A DNA stretch of 60,511 nt, filler included, from a candidate division TA06 bacterium SM23_40 (lineage in GTDB: Bacteria; LJUI01; SM1-40): the NCBI GenBank assembly GCA_001303705.1. It is 5 parts of 5 records of this genome, joined end to end, with 100 filler letters (N's around TTAATTAATTAA, not from the genome) between each part and the next. Parts side by side here need not be neighbours in the genome. Positions count along the whole stretch, not along the records: positions 1 to 19,554 come from LJUI01000033.1; positions 19,655 to 39,147 come from LJUI01000034.1; 3 more parts are not named here. One strand, given 5' to 3'. Made by a program: the position numbers and the translations under genes. The notes below the pieces were generated by a model that worked only from the letters and a program-made list of their open reading frames with translations, was not told the DNA's origin and made no database searches. Shown here piece by piece: positions 11,117 through 20,195 of the stretch (the first letter of the stretch is position 1; each line of letters starts with the position of its first letter).

Positions 11117-11794
11117 ATGCTCGATCAGTCCTTCAGCTGCAACGACATCGATGATCTAATGCAGAGCTATGCGGACGATGAACTCACCTCTGACGTCCGG
11201 AGGCTCTTCGAGGAACACGTCGGATCCTGTTCCCGCTGTCGTGCCGCAGTCAGAGTCATGGAAGAGACTATCACCCTCATCGAGCAGCTCCAGCCGGTCT
11301 CTCCTCCCCCTCACTTCGACGACTCCATCCTCGCCTCTCTTGGATTCAAGCACCGTCGCATTCCGATACTCACCCTGCTCCCTTCCAGAGCAACGGGCTG
11401 GCGGCTGGCGTGGGCCGCTCTCGTCCTCGCCCTCATCTCCGCCCCATTCTGGATGGCCTCGTATGCCCTGGGAGGGCGGGTGCGCGGAAGCGCCTTAGTC
11501 CTGCGAGAGGTGCCCAAATGGCTCGGCGGGGCGGTAAGCGCACTTGGCGCCGTCCCGACCGGCATCGTCAGATGGTATCATCTGCTCGGCTTCGACAACC
11601 TGTCGCACTATCTGATCCAAGGTACACACACGGTGGCAAAGGCAATGTTCCTGGCTGTAACGAGCGTCAGTCCGCTCGTCCCGCTTGTAGCACTGATCGT
11701 CGCTCTGTTATCCACGCTGTTGCTACTTCGATCATTGGGAACTCTCACCGTCCACCCGAGGAGGATCGACAATGGAACGTCAATTATCGGCTAG
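11117..11794 (+). CDS. zf-HC2 (ZAS) membrane anti-sigma factor
   Basis: HxxxCxxC (HVGSCSRC) plus C-terminal hydrophobic segments, directly after the ECF sigma gene. Confidence 0.88.
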   Translation: MLDQSFSCNDIDDLMQSYADDELTSDVRRLFEEHVGSCSRCRAAVRVMEETITLIEQLQPVSPPPHFDDSILASLGFKHRRIPILTLLPSRATGWRLAWAALVLALISAPFWMASYALGGRVRGSALVLREVPKWLGGAVSALGAVPTGIVRWYHLLGFDNLSHYLIQGTHTVAKAMFLAVTSVSPLVPLVALIVALLSTLLLLRSLGTLTVHPRRIDNGTSIIG

Positions 11795-13055
11795 CCCGGC
11801 ACGACTCAAAGCGAGAGGGCCGCTGGCTCCCAACCGTTCTGTCTCTCTCTGTATCACGTTGATCGCCGTCGCTGCGCTCTCCTTTCTGTTGCTGCCAGGC
11901 TCGTCCGCCGAGGCGGAGGGATGGCAGACAGCCCTGAAGACCGCTCTCGAGACCGTCCAGACCACTGTCGAGAGCACTGTCGAGAGCAGTGTCGAGAGAA
12001 GTGTCGAAGGGGCCTCAGTCGAGATGGTGATAGAAGGTGAGGAGGCCGGCACCCTGCGTATGACGGCGAAGGTAGAGCCGCATCGGCGGTACGAAAATGT
12101 CGTCAACACGGGCACACCCGTTACGGTTGAGGAAGACGAAGTCGTGGAAGGTGACGTCGTCAACATCGGGGGGCCGATCACCGTGCGGGGTCTGGTCGAA
12201 GGAGACGTCGTCGCCATAGGCGGGAACATAACCGTCTCCGGCGCCGTCGAAGGAGATGCTGTCAGTGTCGGCGGCAACATTTTCCTCGAGGGCGACGCCT
12301 GCATATGCGGAGACGGCGTCAGCGTGGGCGGCCGAGTCACCTTGTCTCCTGAGAGCGAAATCCGCGGAGAGCGGGTACAGATTTCCGTCGGCGGACTCGA
12401 CAAGCTCTTCCCCGGCGCCATCGGGATCGCGATGAATCCGTTCCTCCAGCGCACACTCATGGCCTTCGCCAAAGTCTTCCGGATCATCGTCCTCATCATC
12501 CTCGCCCTTCTCGTGGCCGCCATCTTCACCAAACAGACCGAAGTCGCCGCAGATGCTGTCAAGCAGCAGTTCTGGAAGATGCTCCTCGTCGGATTCCTTG
12601 GTGAGCTCATCATCGTTCCGCTACTTATCCTTCTCGCCGTGATCATCATCGGGATCCCGTTGATACCTGTCGCAATGATCCTGATCGCGGCCGCATTCGT
12701 CCTCGGATACGTTGCTGTCGCCTGCGTCGTCGGCAGAATCACCTGGGAGCGCCTCTCAACGGAGCTCACGTCTCCCATCGCGGCCGCAGTGGTCGGGATC
12801 GTCGTCATCGAGCTCGTCTCTCTGCTCGGAAGGCTCATCAGCATCGGGCCTGGCCCGCTCGTACTGCTCGGCACGCTCGTATCAATAGTCGGCTTCGTCA
12901 TCGCCTGGGCTGCCTGGACAACGGGGTTCGGAGCCGCCATCATGACGCGGTTCGGCACGAAGCCCCTTCAATTGGCTCCGGCGCCTGCACTGACAGCCGC
13001 CTCGTTCTCACCACCTACCTCACCACCTGATGAGACACAAACCGGGTCTGTATAA
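11772..13055 (+). CDS. Membrane protein with bactofilin-like beta-helix repeats and a polytopic C-terminus
   Basis: Signal-like N-terminus; repeats VEGDVVxIGGxITVxG; several TM helices. Confidence 0.8.
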   Translation: MERQLSASPARLKARGPLAPNRSVSLCITLIAVAALSFLLLPGSSAEAEGWQTALKTALETVQTTVESTVESSVERSVEGASVEMVIEGEEAGTLRMTAKVEPHRRYENVVNTGTPVTVEEDEVVEGDVVNIGGPITVRGLVEGDVVAIGGNITVSGAVEGDAVSVGGNIFLEGDACICGDGVSVGGRVTLSPESEIRGERVQISVGGLDKLFPGAIGIAMNPFLQRTLMAFAKVFRIIVLIILALLVAAIFTKQTEVAADAVKQQFWKMLLVGFLGELIIVPLLILLAVIIIGIPLIPVAMILIAAAFVLGYVAVACVVGRITWERLSTELTSPIAAAVVGIVVIELVSLLGRLISIGPGPLVLLGTLVSIVGFVIAWAAWTTGFGAAIMTRFGTKPLQLAPAPALTAASFSPPTSPPDETQTGSV

Positions 13056-13079
13056 TCTCGGTAGACTTCTGTAACCAGC

Positions 13080-13114
13080 GCGGCCGTCCGGGACCTTCCC
13101 TCCCGGGCGGCCGC
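13080..13114 (+). terminator. GC-rich hairpin (possible terminator or processing site)
   Basis: GCGGCCGTCCGGGA-ccttccc-TCCCGGGCGGCCGC; no clear U tract. Confidence 0.4.
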
Positions 13115-13212
13115 CTTGAACAGTCCATCGACACGTCCGGCTGGCTGAATTGTTTGAGTCCACGCGTCTTGCCCGCACCTGTTGTCTGCTATCACGGAGG
13201 GAGGATACTCAG

Positions 13213-14052
13213 ATGACGAAGAGAACCGCGACGGGGACTACCGTTCTGTTTGGTGCGGCGATCCTGGCCGCTCTTACGGCAGGGTGCTATGTCTCGATCA
13301 ATGTCGATGAGGCGAACCAGATACCCGCAGCCCGGGGAAAGCTCGAGGGATCGTGCGAGCGCGTTTACGAGACTGCGGTGCCGCTCGAGGAGCAGAGACT
13401 CGTCTCGCTTACGATCGTAGACGGCCAGATAGACGTTGAATCCTGGGATCGCCCCGAGCTCCGGGTGACCGCGACGAAGACCGTCAGGGCCGAGACCGAT
13501 CAACAGGCGGAGAAGATATGTCGTGCAATAGAGATCGATGTGGCGGAGACTGAGGACGGTGTGCAGATCGTGACCACCATGCCCCGAGAGTCGTCGAAGA
13601 ACTCCCGGATCTCGGTCTCGTTTCTCTTGCTCGTGCCGCCGGCAACAGATCTCGAACTCGCGACAACGAACGGCAGTATCGCCGTCCGAGAGGTTGTTGG
13701 GCGCCACGACATCGCCGCGGTGAACGGATCGGCCCAGCTTACGGACGTCGGCGGCGATGTCGAGGTCGCCACTGTGAACGGCAACATCTGCACTGTCTTC
13801 CAGTACATCGACCTCAGCCGGGACGACATCACTCTTGAATCGGTCAACGGTGAGATCATCGTGGAACTCACCGAAGATGCATCGGTGAAAATCGATGCGA
13901 CAGCGGCAAACGGTTCTATCTCCTCCGCATTTGATCTCATCGACGAGGAATTCGACAAAACCTACGGGCATACGCGACTTCGTGGTCATCTCGGGGAGGG
14001 AGAAGGCACGCTTGAGATCAGTGTCACGAATGGTTCCATCCATATCGAATAG
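13213..14052 (+). CDS. DUF4097 beta-strand-repeat lipoprotein
   Basis: Lipobox LTAGC; repeated TTNGSI/AVNGS/TVNGNI/SVNGEI/AANGSI. Confidence 0.85.
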   Translation: MTKRTATGTTVLFGAAILAALTAGCYVSINVDEANQIPAARGKLEGSCERVYETAVPLEEQRLVSLTIVDGQIDVESWDRPELRVTATKTVRAETDQQAEKICRAIEIDVAETEDGVQIVTTMPRESSKNSRISVSFLLLVPPATDLELATTNGSIAVREVVGRHDIAAVNGSAQLTDVGGDVEVATVNGNICTVFQYIDLSRDDITLESVNGEIIVELTEDASVKIDATAANGSISSAFDLIDEEFDKTYGHTRLRGHLGEGEGTLEISVTNGSIHIE

Positions 14053-14236
14053 CGACGGCCGACCCAACTCCTCCGCATAGACCCAACGTGGATCTACGTT
14101 ATGGTGCGGGTAGGTGGTGCAGCGGGACCGACACTCGATCCCATGGCTGCCGTGAGGTCGCACCATAGCCAGATCCGATACATATTCAATGAGGAGTCGA
14201 GTGCCGATCCCGGTCGGGCGGGCGTGAGACCCGAGG

Positions 14237-14458
14237 CAGCCCCGGGCACGGGATGCAGCGGGGTCGATACGGTGCCCATGCCAGCCGCGCGTGCCAGCCA
14301 GACCTCGATCCGAGATAAATCCTAAAATCGATCGGGTGCCGACCGCGGGCAGATCGACATGAGATCCGATGACAGCTCCGGGTACGGGATGCAGCGGGGT
14401 CGATACGGTGCCCATGCCAGCCGCGCGTGCCAGCCAGACCTCGATCCGAGATAGATCC
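14237..14458. repeat. Two near-identical ~86-bp direct repeats, period 136 bp (14237-14322, 14373-14458), with a degenerate third copy near 14110
   Basis: Shared core ACGGGATGCAGCGGGGTCGATACGGTGCCCATGCCAGCCGCGCGTGCCAGCCAGACCTCGATCCGAGATA. Confidence 0.92.
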
Positions 14459-14680
14459 AAGAGCTGACCGGACGTTGCGGCTATCCTCCCCGACGGAATG
14501 TGCTAGTAGTGAAACATGTCTTACGTATGTTCACAGCCTGCAGATCAACGGAGCCATGGGTATGCATCGTCAGCGAACGTGAGACAGTTGAGAATCGAAC
14601 AGTTTTGAGGGGGAAGAGAAGATTTCTCCTTTTCGGCTCGGCCCAGGGGTAGTAGAATCCCCGAGGGAAAGGAGCCGATT

Positions 14681-17287
14681 ATGTATCTTCACAGCCTGCA
14701 GGCCAACGGAGCCATGGGAATACCACCAAGGAGGCGAGCAATGGGAACAACCATTGGGCGAGGTCCTGGCCGTCCCCCGGTAATCGCCCGGCGGCGCCGA
14801 TGCGATACCCGACGAGTGCAACAGATATGTCTGCTTGCACTCATACCTGCGATGATCTGTGCGAGCCAAGCCTGCGCGAACTCTCACGCCGAGGAACTCG
14901 CAGACATGCCCGGCTTCGACATTCTGGCGAGCGATCCATTCACCGGCTCGGTAGCTGTCTCCGATGATGCTCTCGCCACACTCATCAACCCCGCAGCGCT
15001 CGGCATGGCTCGTGCATTCAACGGCTACTTCTTCCACGCGAATTCAGACTCCAGCTTCGACGGGGACAATGGGCTCCTCCTTTCCGCCGACAAGCTCGGA
15101 TTCGGCGCCGAGTGGAGGCGCTTCTCCTCTGTCCCCAAGTACAACCGATACACATTCGCCTATGGAGGGGAGGTCTGGTCCGGCATCTACCTGGGCACTT
15201 CGTACTCGTGGATATCGTCGAGCGATGCCGAATTCGACCGCCTCTCCTTCTGGGACGCAGGAATCATGCTGCGCCCCTCCCGCTTCTTCTCGGCAGGGGC
15301 GGTCGCGCACAGTCTCAACGAACCCCATTTCCGCGACGAGCGCGTCGACCGAAGCTATCGCTACGGCGTGGCGGTCCGTCCCTGGACCAACCGCCTTACG
15401 CTGTACGCGGACGGGGTGTATGACGAAGACAGCAACCTCGACCGCGAGCGGGACTTCATCTTCGGGGCCGAGGCCGAACCGCTCGATGGTCTGGTTCTGC
15501 GCGCGGCCCTCGACGACGATGGGCGGGCAGGCGCCGGATTCGAGATCGGCCTGCCTCACATCGGTGCAGGCAACTTTAATCACTTCGATGAAAACCAGAA
15601 GTATCAGGGCGGCACGACATATCTCCGGTTCGGCGAAGAGCGTCGACGCACGGTTCTCCACGGAAGAAACCGCTTTCTGGAACTGACCTTGACGGGAGAG
15701 ATCCTCGAGGAGCGCCGCGGCTTCAGTCTGGCGGGGAGCGGCCGCCATACGACGGCCGAGTTCCTCGATCTCATTCATGAGGCGGCGGAGGATCCTGCGA
15801 TCGAGGGTATCCTGCTTCGTCCTGAAGGCATCGGAGCCGGCTGGGCAACGCTGGAAGAGCTCCGCCATGCGCTCGCGGACTTCAGGGCGCGGGGCAAGCT
15901 GGTCGTCTGCTACGTGGAAACTTCGTCCATGAAGCCGTACTACCTTGCATCCGGAGCCGACTACATCATCCTCAACCCTGACGGGTATGTTCTCCTGTTC
16001 GGCCTCCGCATCGAACGGGCCTATCTGAAGGGCACGCTCGCGAAGCTCGGCGTGGACGTAGACCTGGCGAGGGTTGGTCGGTACAAGAGCGCAGCAGAGA
16101 TGGTGACCCGGGACTCCATGTCCGACGAGGCCCGGGAGATGGCCAACTGGATTCTCGATGACCTGTATGACCATCTCGTGGCCGACATGGCAGACGGGCG
16201 GAACCTCTCCGCACAGGAGGTGAGGGCGCTCATCGACCAGGGGCTGTTCCTTGCTTCTGACGCCTACGAAGACGGACTCGCCGATACCCTCGCATACGAG
16301 GACGAGATAGAGGATATCGTCGAGATGCTCCACGGACGGGGTTACTCGAGGGCGAGGCCCGATGAACTGATGGCGGACAGATACCAGTATGATTGGACCA
16401 GGCCGCCGAAGATAGCCGTCATCTATGCCACCGGGTACATAACATCGGGGAAGAGCTCCACCGACTTCTTCACAGGCACGAAGACCATGGGTTCGGAGAC
16501 GATGGCCAGGGCGATCAGGAAGGCGAGGGAGGATAGTTCCATCAAGGCGATCGTCTTCCGCATCGACAGCGGAGGGGGCTCGGGTCTCGCCTCGGACGTG
16601 ATATGGCGGGAGGTCTCGCTCACCAGGGGCGAAAAGCCATTCATCGTCTCCATGTCCGATGTCGCTGGTTCAGGCGGGTACCATATCGCCTGTGCCGCGG
16701 ACAGGATCGTGGTCGACGGCAACACCATCACCGGCTCGATCGGCGTCATCTCCGGAAAGCCGACAATGAAAGGTCTGTACAACAAGCTCGGCATCACAAA
16801 GGACACCGAGCACCGAGGTAAACATGCCCTGGCGGCTTCTGACTACTATCGGTTCACCGAGGAAGAGATGGAACTCCTCGACGGGGTGACACGAAGGTCG
16901 TACTGGAGCTTCGTCGAAAAGGTGGCCGCGGGGAGGGGCATGACACCCGCACAGGTAGACTCGATCGGCGAAGGACGCGTCTTCACGGGGCGGCAGGCGG
17001 TGGACAACGGTCTTGCCGACGAGCTGGGCGGCCTGGACCGCGCGATCGCGATCGCCAAACAGCGGGTTGGCGTGCCTGCGGATGCAGAGATCCAGATCGT
17101 CACGTTCCCGAAGACGAGGTTCCCGTTCTTCCTCGGATGGACGGAGTCGTTTCTTTCGAACACCGCGGGCTCGCTGCCGATTTCGCTGTTAGGGGAGACA
17201 GCTGCCGCGGAGGCGATAGACCTTCTCGAACTGTTTGATGACGAGCCCTATCTCTATCTCATGCCCTACTCACTCGAACCAGAGTAG
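14681..17287 (+). CDS. sppA: Signal peptide peptidase SppA (67K type, tandem S49 domains) with an N-terminal beta-barrel-like domain; true start may be downstream (e.g. GTG 14816)
   Basis: YYLASGAD, GRYKSAAE, RIDSGGGS, VAGSGGYHIAC, TGSIGV, GRVFTG, GLADELGG. Confidence 0.92.
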   Translation: MYLHSLQANGAMGIPPRRRAMGTTIGRGPGRPPVIARRRRCDTRRVQQICLLALIPAMICASQACANSHAEELADMPGFDILASDPFTGSVAVSDDALATLINPAALGMARAFNGYFFHANSDSSFDGDNGLLLSADKLGFGAEWRRFSSVPKYNRYTFAYGGEVWSGIYLGTSYSWISSSDAEFDRLSFWDAGIMLRPSRFFSAGAVAHSLNEPHFRDERVDRSYRYGVAVRPWTNRLTLYADGVYDEDSNLDRERDFIFGAEAEPLDGLVLRAALDDDGRAGAGFEIGLPHIGAGNFNHFDENQKYQGGTTYLRFGEERRRTVLHGRNRFLELTLTGEILEERRGFSLAGSGRHTTAEFLDLIHEAAEDPAIEGILLRPEGIGAGWATLEELRHALADFRARGKLVVCYVETSSMKPYYLASGADYIILNPDGYVLLFGLRIERAYLKGTLAKLGVDVDLARVGRYKSAAEMVTRDSMSDEAREMANWILDDLYDHLVADMADGRNLSAQEVRALIDQGLFLASDAYEDGLADTLAYEDEIEDIVEMLHGRGYSRARPDELMADRYQYDWTRPPKIAVIYATGYITSGKSSTDFFTGTKTMGSETMARAIRKAREDSSIKAIVFRIDSGGGSGLASDVIWREVSLTRGEKPFIVSMSDVAGSGGYHIACAADRIVVDGNTITGSIGVISGKPTMKGLYNKLGITKDTEHRGKHALAASDYYRFTEEEMELLDGVTRRSYWSFVEKVAAGRGMTPAQVDSIGEGRVFTGRQAVDNGLADELGGLDRAIAIAKQRVGVPADAEIQIVTFPKTRFPFFLGWTESFLSNTAGSLPISLLGETAAAEAIDLLELFDDEPYLYLMPYSLEPE

Positions 17288-17395
17288 GCTTGCCGTAGTT
17301 CTCCCGCAGACCTGCGCGGCTCGGGGGACGTTCTGACCTGCGAACGGCGCCCGGGACCCGTGCTGACTTGACTCACGGATCATATTCTCCATGAA

Positions 17396-17426
17396 CGACG
17401 CCCGCGATGATCGCACGCGGGCGTCG
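17396..17426. terminator. Perfect 11-bp hairpin downstream of sppA
   Basis: CGACGCCCGCG-9 nt-CGCGGGCGTCG. Confidence 0.35.
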
Positions 17427-17629
17427 CACATGTACCGAGTCAGACCTGATCACTCTGCGAACCCACAAACGAGTCCCCCGAGAACCTCCCCATCCCCCAT
17501 TTCAATTGACAGAGCACGATCTCTCTGGCAGAATCGGATTCGTTAAATGGGTACTGCATGGCAACAACGGCACCAGTTCGATATAGTACCTGCCGTGCCG
17601 CTCCACTCACAGACGGAGGTGAGCAGCGT

Positions 17630-18496
17630 ATGGCCAGAAGCACGACATTCATCATCCTGATACTCCTGGCCGTCGGCGTAGTGCTGTGGGTTACGATCTC
17701 CCTTACAAGCGAACGGAGCAGGAAGGAACAGATCATGCATGCTGAGTCGGAACGCCCATCGGCGCATCTGATTGCCAGTCTCGATATGGTGATCGTCTAC
17801 GACAATAATCCCCATAGAGAAGACCTCGAGCCAGCCTGGGGGTTCGCCTGTCTCGTACGGGGTAGCGAGAAGACGATCCTCTTCGATACCGGCGGGGACG
17901 GTTCTATTTTGCTGGCGAACATGAAGGAGTTGGGTATCGATCCAGACGAGATAGAAGTGGTCGTCCTCTCCCACATTCACGAAGATCACACCGGAGGCCT
18001 GCGTGCGCTGCTGGACGAAAAGAGCGGGATGACCGTCTATTCGCTCGCCTCGTTTCCCCGACGCTTCAAGGCCGACGTAGAGACACGTGGTGCGTCGATA
18101 GTCGAGGTCGATCGCCACGCGAAGATCTGCGAGAACGTCTATTCAACTGGAGAGCTCGGAACGCGGGTCAAAGAACAAGCGCTCATCATCCATACAGCAC
18201 GAGGCCTGATAGTCATGACCGGCTGCGCACACCCTGGGATAGTGCACGTGGTGGAGCGTGCCAAGGATCTGATCGGGGAGGATGTCCTGCTAGTTATAGG
18301 AGGCTTCCATCTCGGGCCCGCGAGCAGCGCCGAGATAGAGGGGATCGTAGCGAGCATCAGGGAGCTCGGCGTCAGGTATATAGCGCCATGCCACTGTTCA
18401 GGCGATGCCGCACGAGAATTGTTCCACGACGAATATGAAGAGAACTACATTGAGGTGGGCGTGGGGAGTATCATTACTATGGAAGATCTGTCGTAG
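17630..18496 (+). CDS. MBL-fold metallo-hydrolase with N-terminal membrane anchor
   Basis: WGF, LFDTG, SHIHEDHTGG, TGCAHPG, GGFHL, PCHCSG. Confidence 0.9.
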   Translation: MARSTTFIILILLAVGVVLWVTISLTSERSRKEQIMHAESERPSAHLIASLDMVIVYDNNPHREDLEPAWGFACLVRGSEKTILFDTGGDGSILLANMKELGIDPDEIEVVVLSHIHEDHTGGLRALLDEKSGMTVYSLASFPRRFKADVETRGASIVEVDRHAKICENVYSTGELGTRVKEQALIIHTARGLIVMTGCAHPGIVHVVERAKDLIGEDVLLVIGGFHLGPASSAEIEGIVASIRELGVRYIAPCHCSGDAARELFHDEYEENYIEVGVGSIITMEDLS

Positions 18497-18648
18497 TACT
18501 GCTCTCCTCGTCTCCGCGCTCCGCACTCAAGTCCGTCGCTCTCCGCTGACGACTGACTGAAGTCATCTCGTGGAGCCGAGTCACATATGCGGTACCGGGT
18601 CATCGGGAACTCACTCGCCGTCAATTCCCGTTACGGCAAAAGGATGCC

Positions 18649-19467
18649 ATGTCTTCCTCGCAGGCCTCGCCCATGAACGTCATCCATCTCGAGAGAAAAC
18701 AGATACTGGAACCGTGCACGCTCCAGATGTTCAACTACCAGATCGACCCCTACGTCGGGTGCGAACACCGGTGTCTGTACTGCTATACCCAGAATCAGTG
18801 TGAAGTAGACTGGGAATACGAGGTCGGAGTAGATCCCACCCTGCCCGAACGACTGGAGAAGGAACTCGCCCCGCTTGCCTCCCAGACCATCTATGTAGGG
18901 ATGAATACGGACCCCTACCAGCCACTCGAAGAGAGACACGGACAGACTAGAGCCATTCTCGAATCGCTGTGTGCTCGCGGCTTCTCGGCCTGCATCCTCA
19001 CCAAGTCATCTCTCGTAACACGAGACATCGATCTACTGAGAACGATGCCGGATGCCTCCGCCGGCATCTCCATTGCCCTCCAGGCTGATTCTACGAGGAG
19101 GCTCTTCGAGCCGCACGCGATCCCCAACAGGGATAGAATAGAGGCACTGGCAGAACTGCATGAGTCCGGTATTGAGACATATGTACTCATAACTCCGGTG
19201 ATGCCTTTCCTGACCGGAGTGACAGATTTGATTGATGAAGTCCGTGCCCACGCAGATACGATCTGGATCTACCGATTAGAGATCCGATCCGAAGAAGACC
19301 GCAATTGGCAAAAGATAAGGGGCATTCTCGAGCAACACTTCCCGAGGATCATGCTTGAGTTCAGGGAAATCGTCTTCCGCGTAGACCATAGGTACTGGCA
19401 GGACCTTCGTCGTGAACTGGAGATCCTCTCGCAGGGAGAAGATACCCGCCTGGAAATACACGTCTAG
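18649..19467 (+). CDS. Radical SAM protein, spore-photoproduct-lyase-like
   Basis: DPYVGCEHRCLYC (CxxxCxxC), TDPYQP, LTKS, FEP. Confidence 0.88.
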   Translation: MSSSQASPMNVIHLERKQILEPCTLQMFNYQIDPYVGCEHRCLYCYTQNQCEVDWEYEVGVDPTLPERLEKELAPLASQTIYVGMNTDPYQPLEERHGQTRAILESLCARGFSACILTKSSLVTRDIDLLRTMPDASAGISIALQADSTRRLFEPHAIPNRDRIEALAELHESGIETYVLITPVMPFLTGVTDLIDEVRAHADTIWIYRLEIRSEEDRNWQKIRGILEQHFPRIMLEFREIVFRVDHRYWQDLRRELEILSQGEDTRLEIHV

Positions 19468-19554
19468 GTAGGCTCACCGACCCCGGTGTCCGACGCTCTC
19501 CGATCACGCCGAGTGAACGGAAAACGCGTGCGCCCGGACTTCCCGGTGGAGTTG

Positions 19555-19654
19555 NNNNNNNNNNNNNNNNNNNNNNNNNNNNNNNNNNNNNNNNNNNNTT
19601 AATTAATTAANNNNNNNNNNNNNNNNNNNNNNNNNNNNNNNNNNNNNNNNNNNN
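19555..19654. other. Artificial contig linker
   Basis: 100-bp N-run with central TTAATTAATTAA (stops in all six frames); same layout at four places. Confidence 0.97.
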
Positions 19655-20133
19655 ATACCTGACGCACGCCTCAGCTCCGTCCGCCGCATCCCCTCCGGAC
19701 GTTCGCATAGGAGATGCAACGCACGAGCCTGACGTGGAGCGCGCCTAACGAGCTGGTCCGCTATCGCCACCAGTGAAGGAGCATCCGCCGCCGGCTTCAC
19801 CCACACTTCTCTCTTCGCCACGGCTGAAGCCTTCGGTGCAGCCGCCCTGAGCACCTCCCCCCAGGGACAGAGATAGTAGTCGGCGATCCACCTGCTCAAT
19901 GCCAGGATCTCCGGATCGAGAATCGGCCCCTCGCCCACTGTACCCTCGATCTCCTTAAGCGCCTTCGGAGGCGGAGTCTCCGTCTCTGCGACGACATACC
20001 CTGTTCGCCTCCGGTTTCGAAACGGAGCCAACACGGCACTGCCCACGCCAACGCGATCCCTCAGATTATCTGGAACGGCGTAGGTGAAGAGACGATCGAC
20101 GGCAAGCGGAAACGCGACCTCAACATACTCCAT
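19655..20133 (-). CDS. priA: Primosomal protein N' (N-terminal part, truncated by contig end)
   Basis: FTYAVP, VLAPFRNRRRTGYVV, LSRWIADYYLCPWGEVLRAAAP. Confidence 0.9.
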
Positions 20134-20195
20134 TGCTTCAACCGATACTCTCGTGCCGGCACAAGCCGGCCGAAGGACCTGGGCACAGCATCCAA

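Noticed and set aside
11964-12011. Four 12-bp tandem repeats (TVES-TVES-SVER-SVEG)
   Set aside because: An ordinary in-frame low-complexity linker with no sign of phase variation
14237-14458. Repeat-spacer-repeat resembling CRISPR
   Set aside because: The repeat is about 86 bp, too long, with only two good copies and no cas genes
18215-18240. Possible selenocysteine in the MBL hydrolase G-C/U-x-H motif
   Set aside because: The codon is TGC (Cys) here
19555-19654. Recurrent TTAATTAATTAA palindrome inside N-runs
   Set aside because: Identical 100-bp layout four times with stops in six frames; a contig-joining linker, not biology. Adjacency across linkers was not interpreted.
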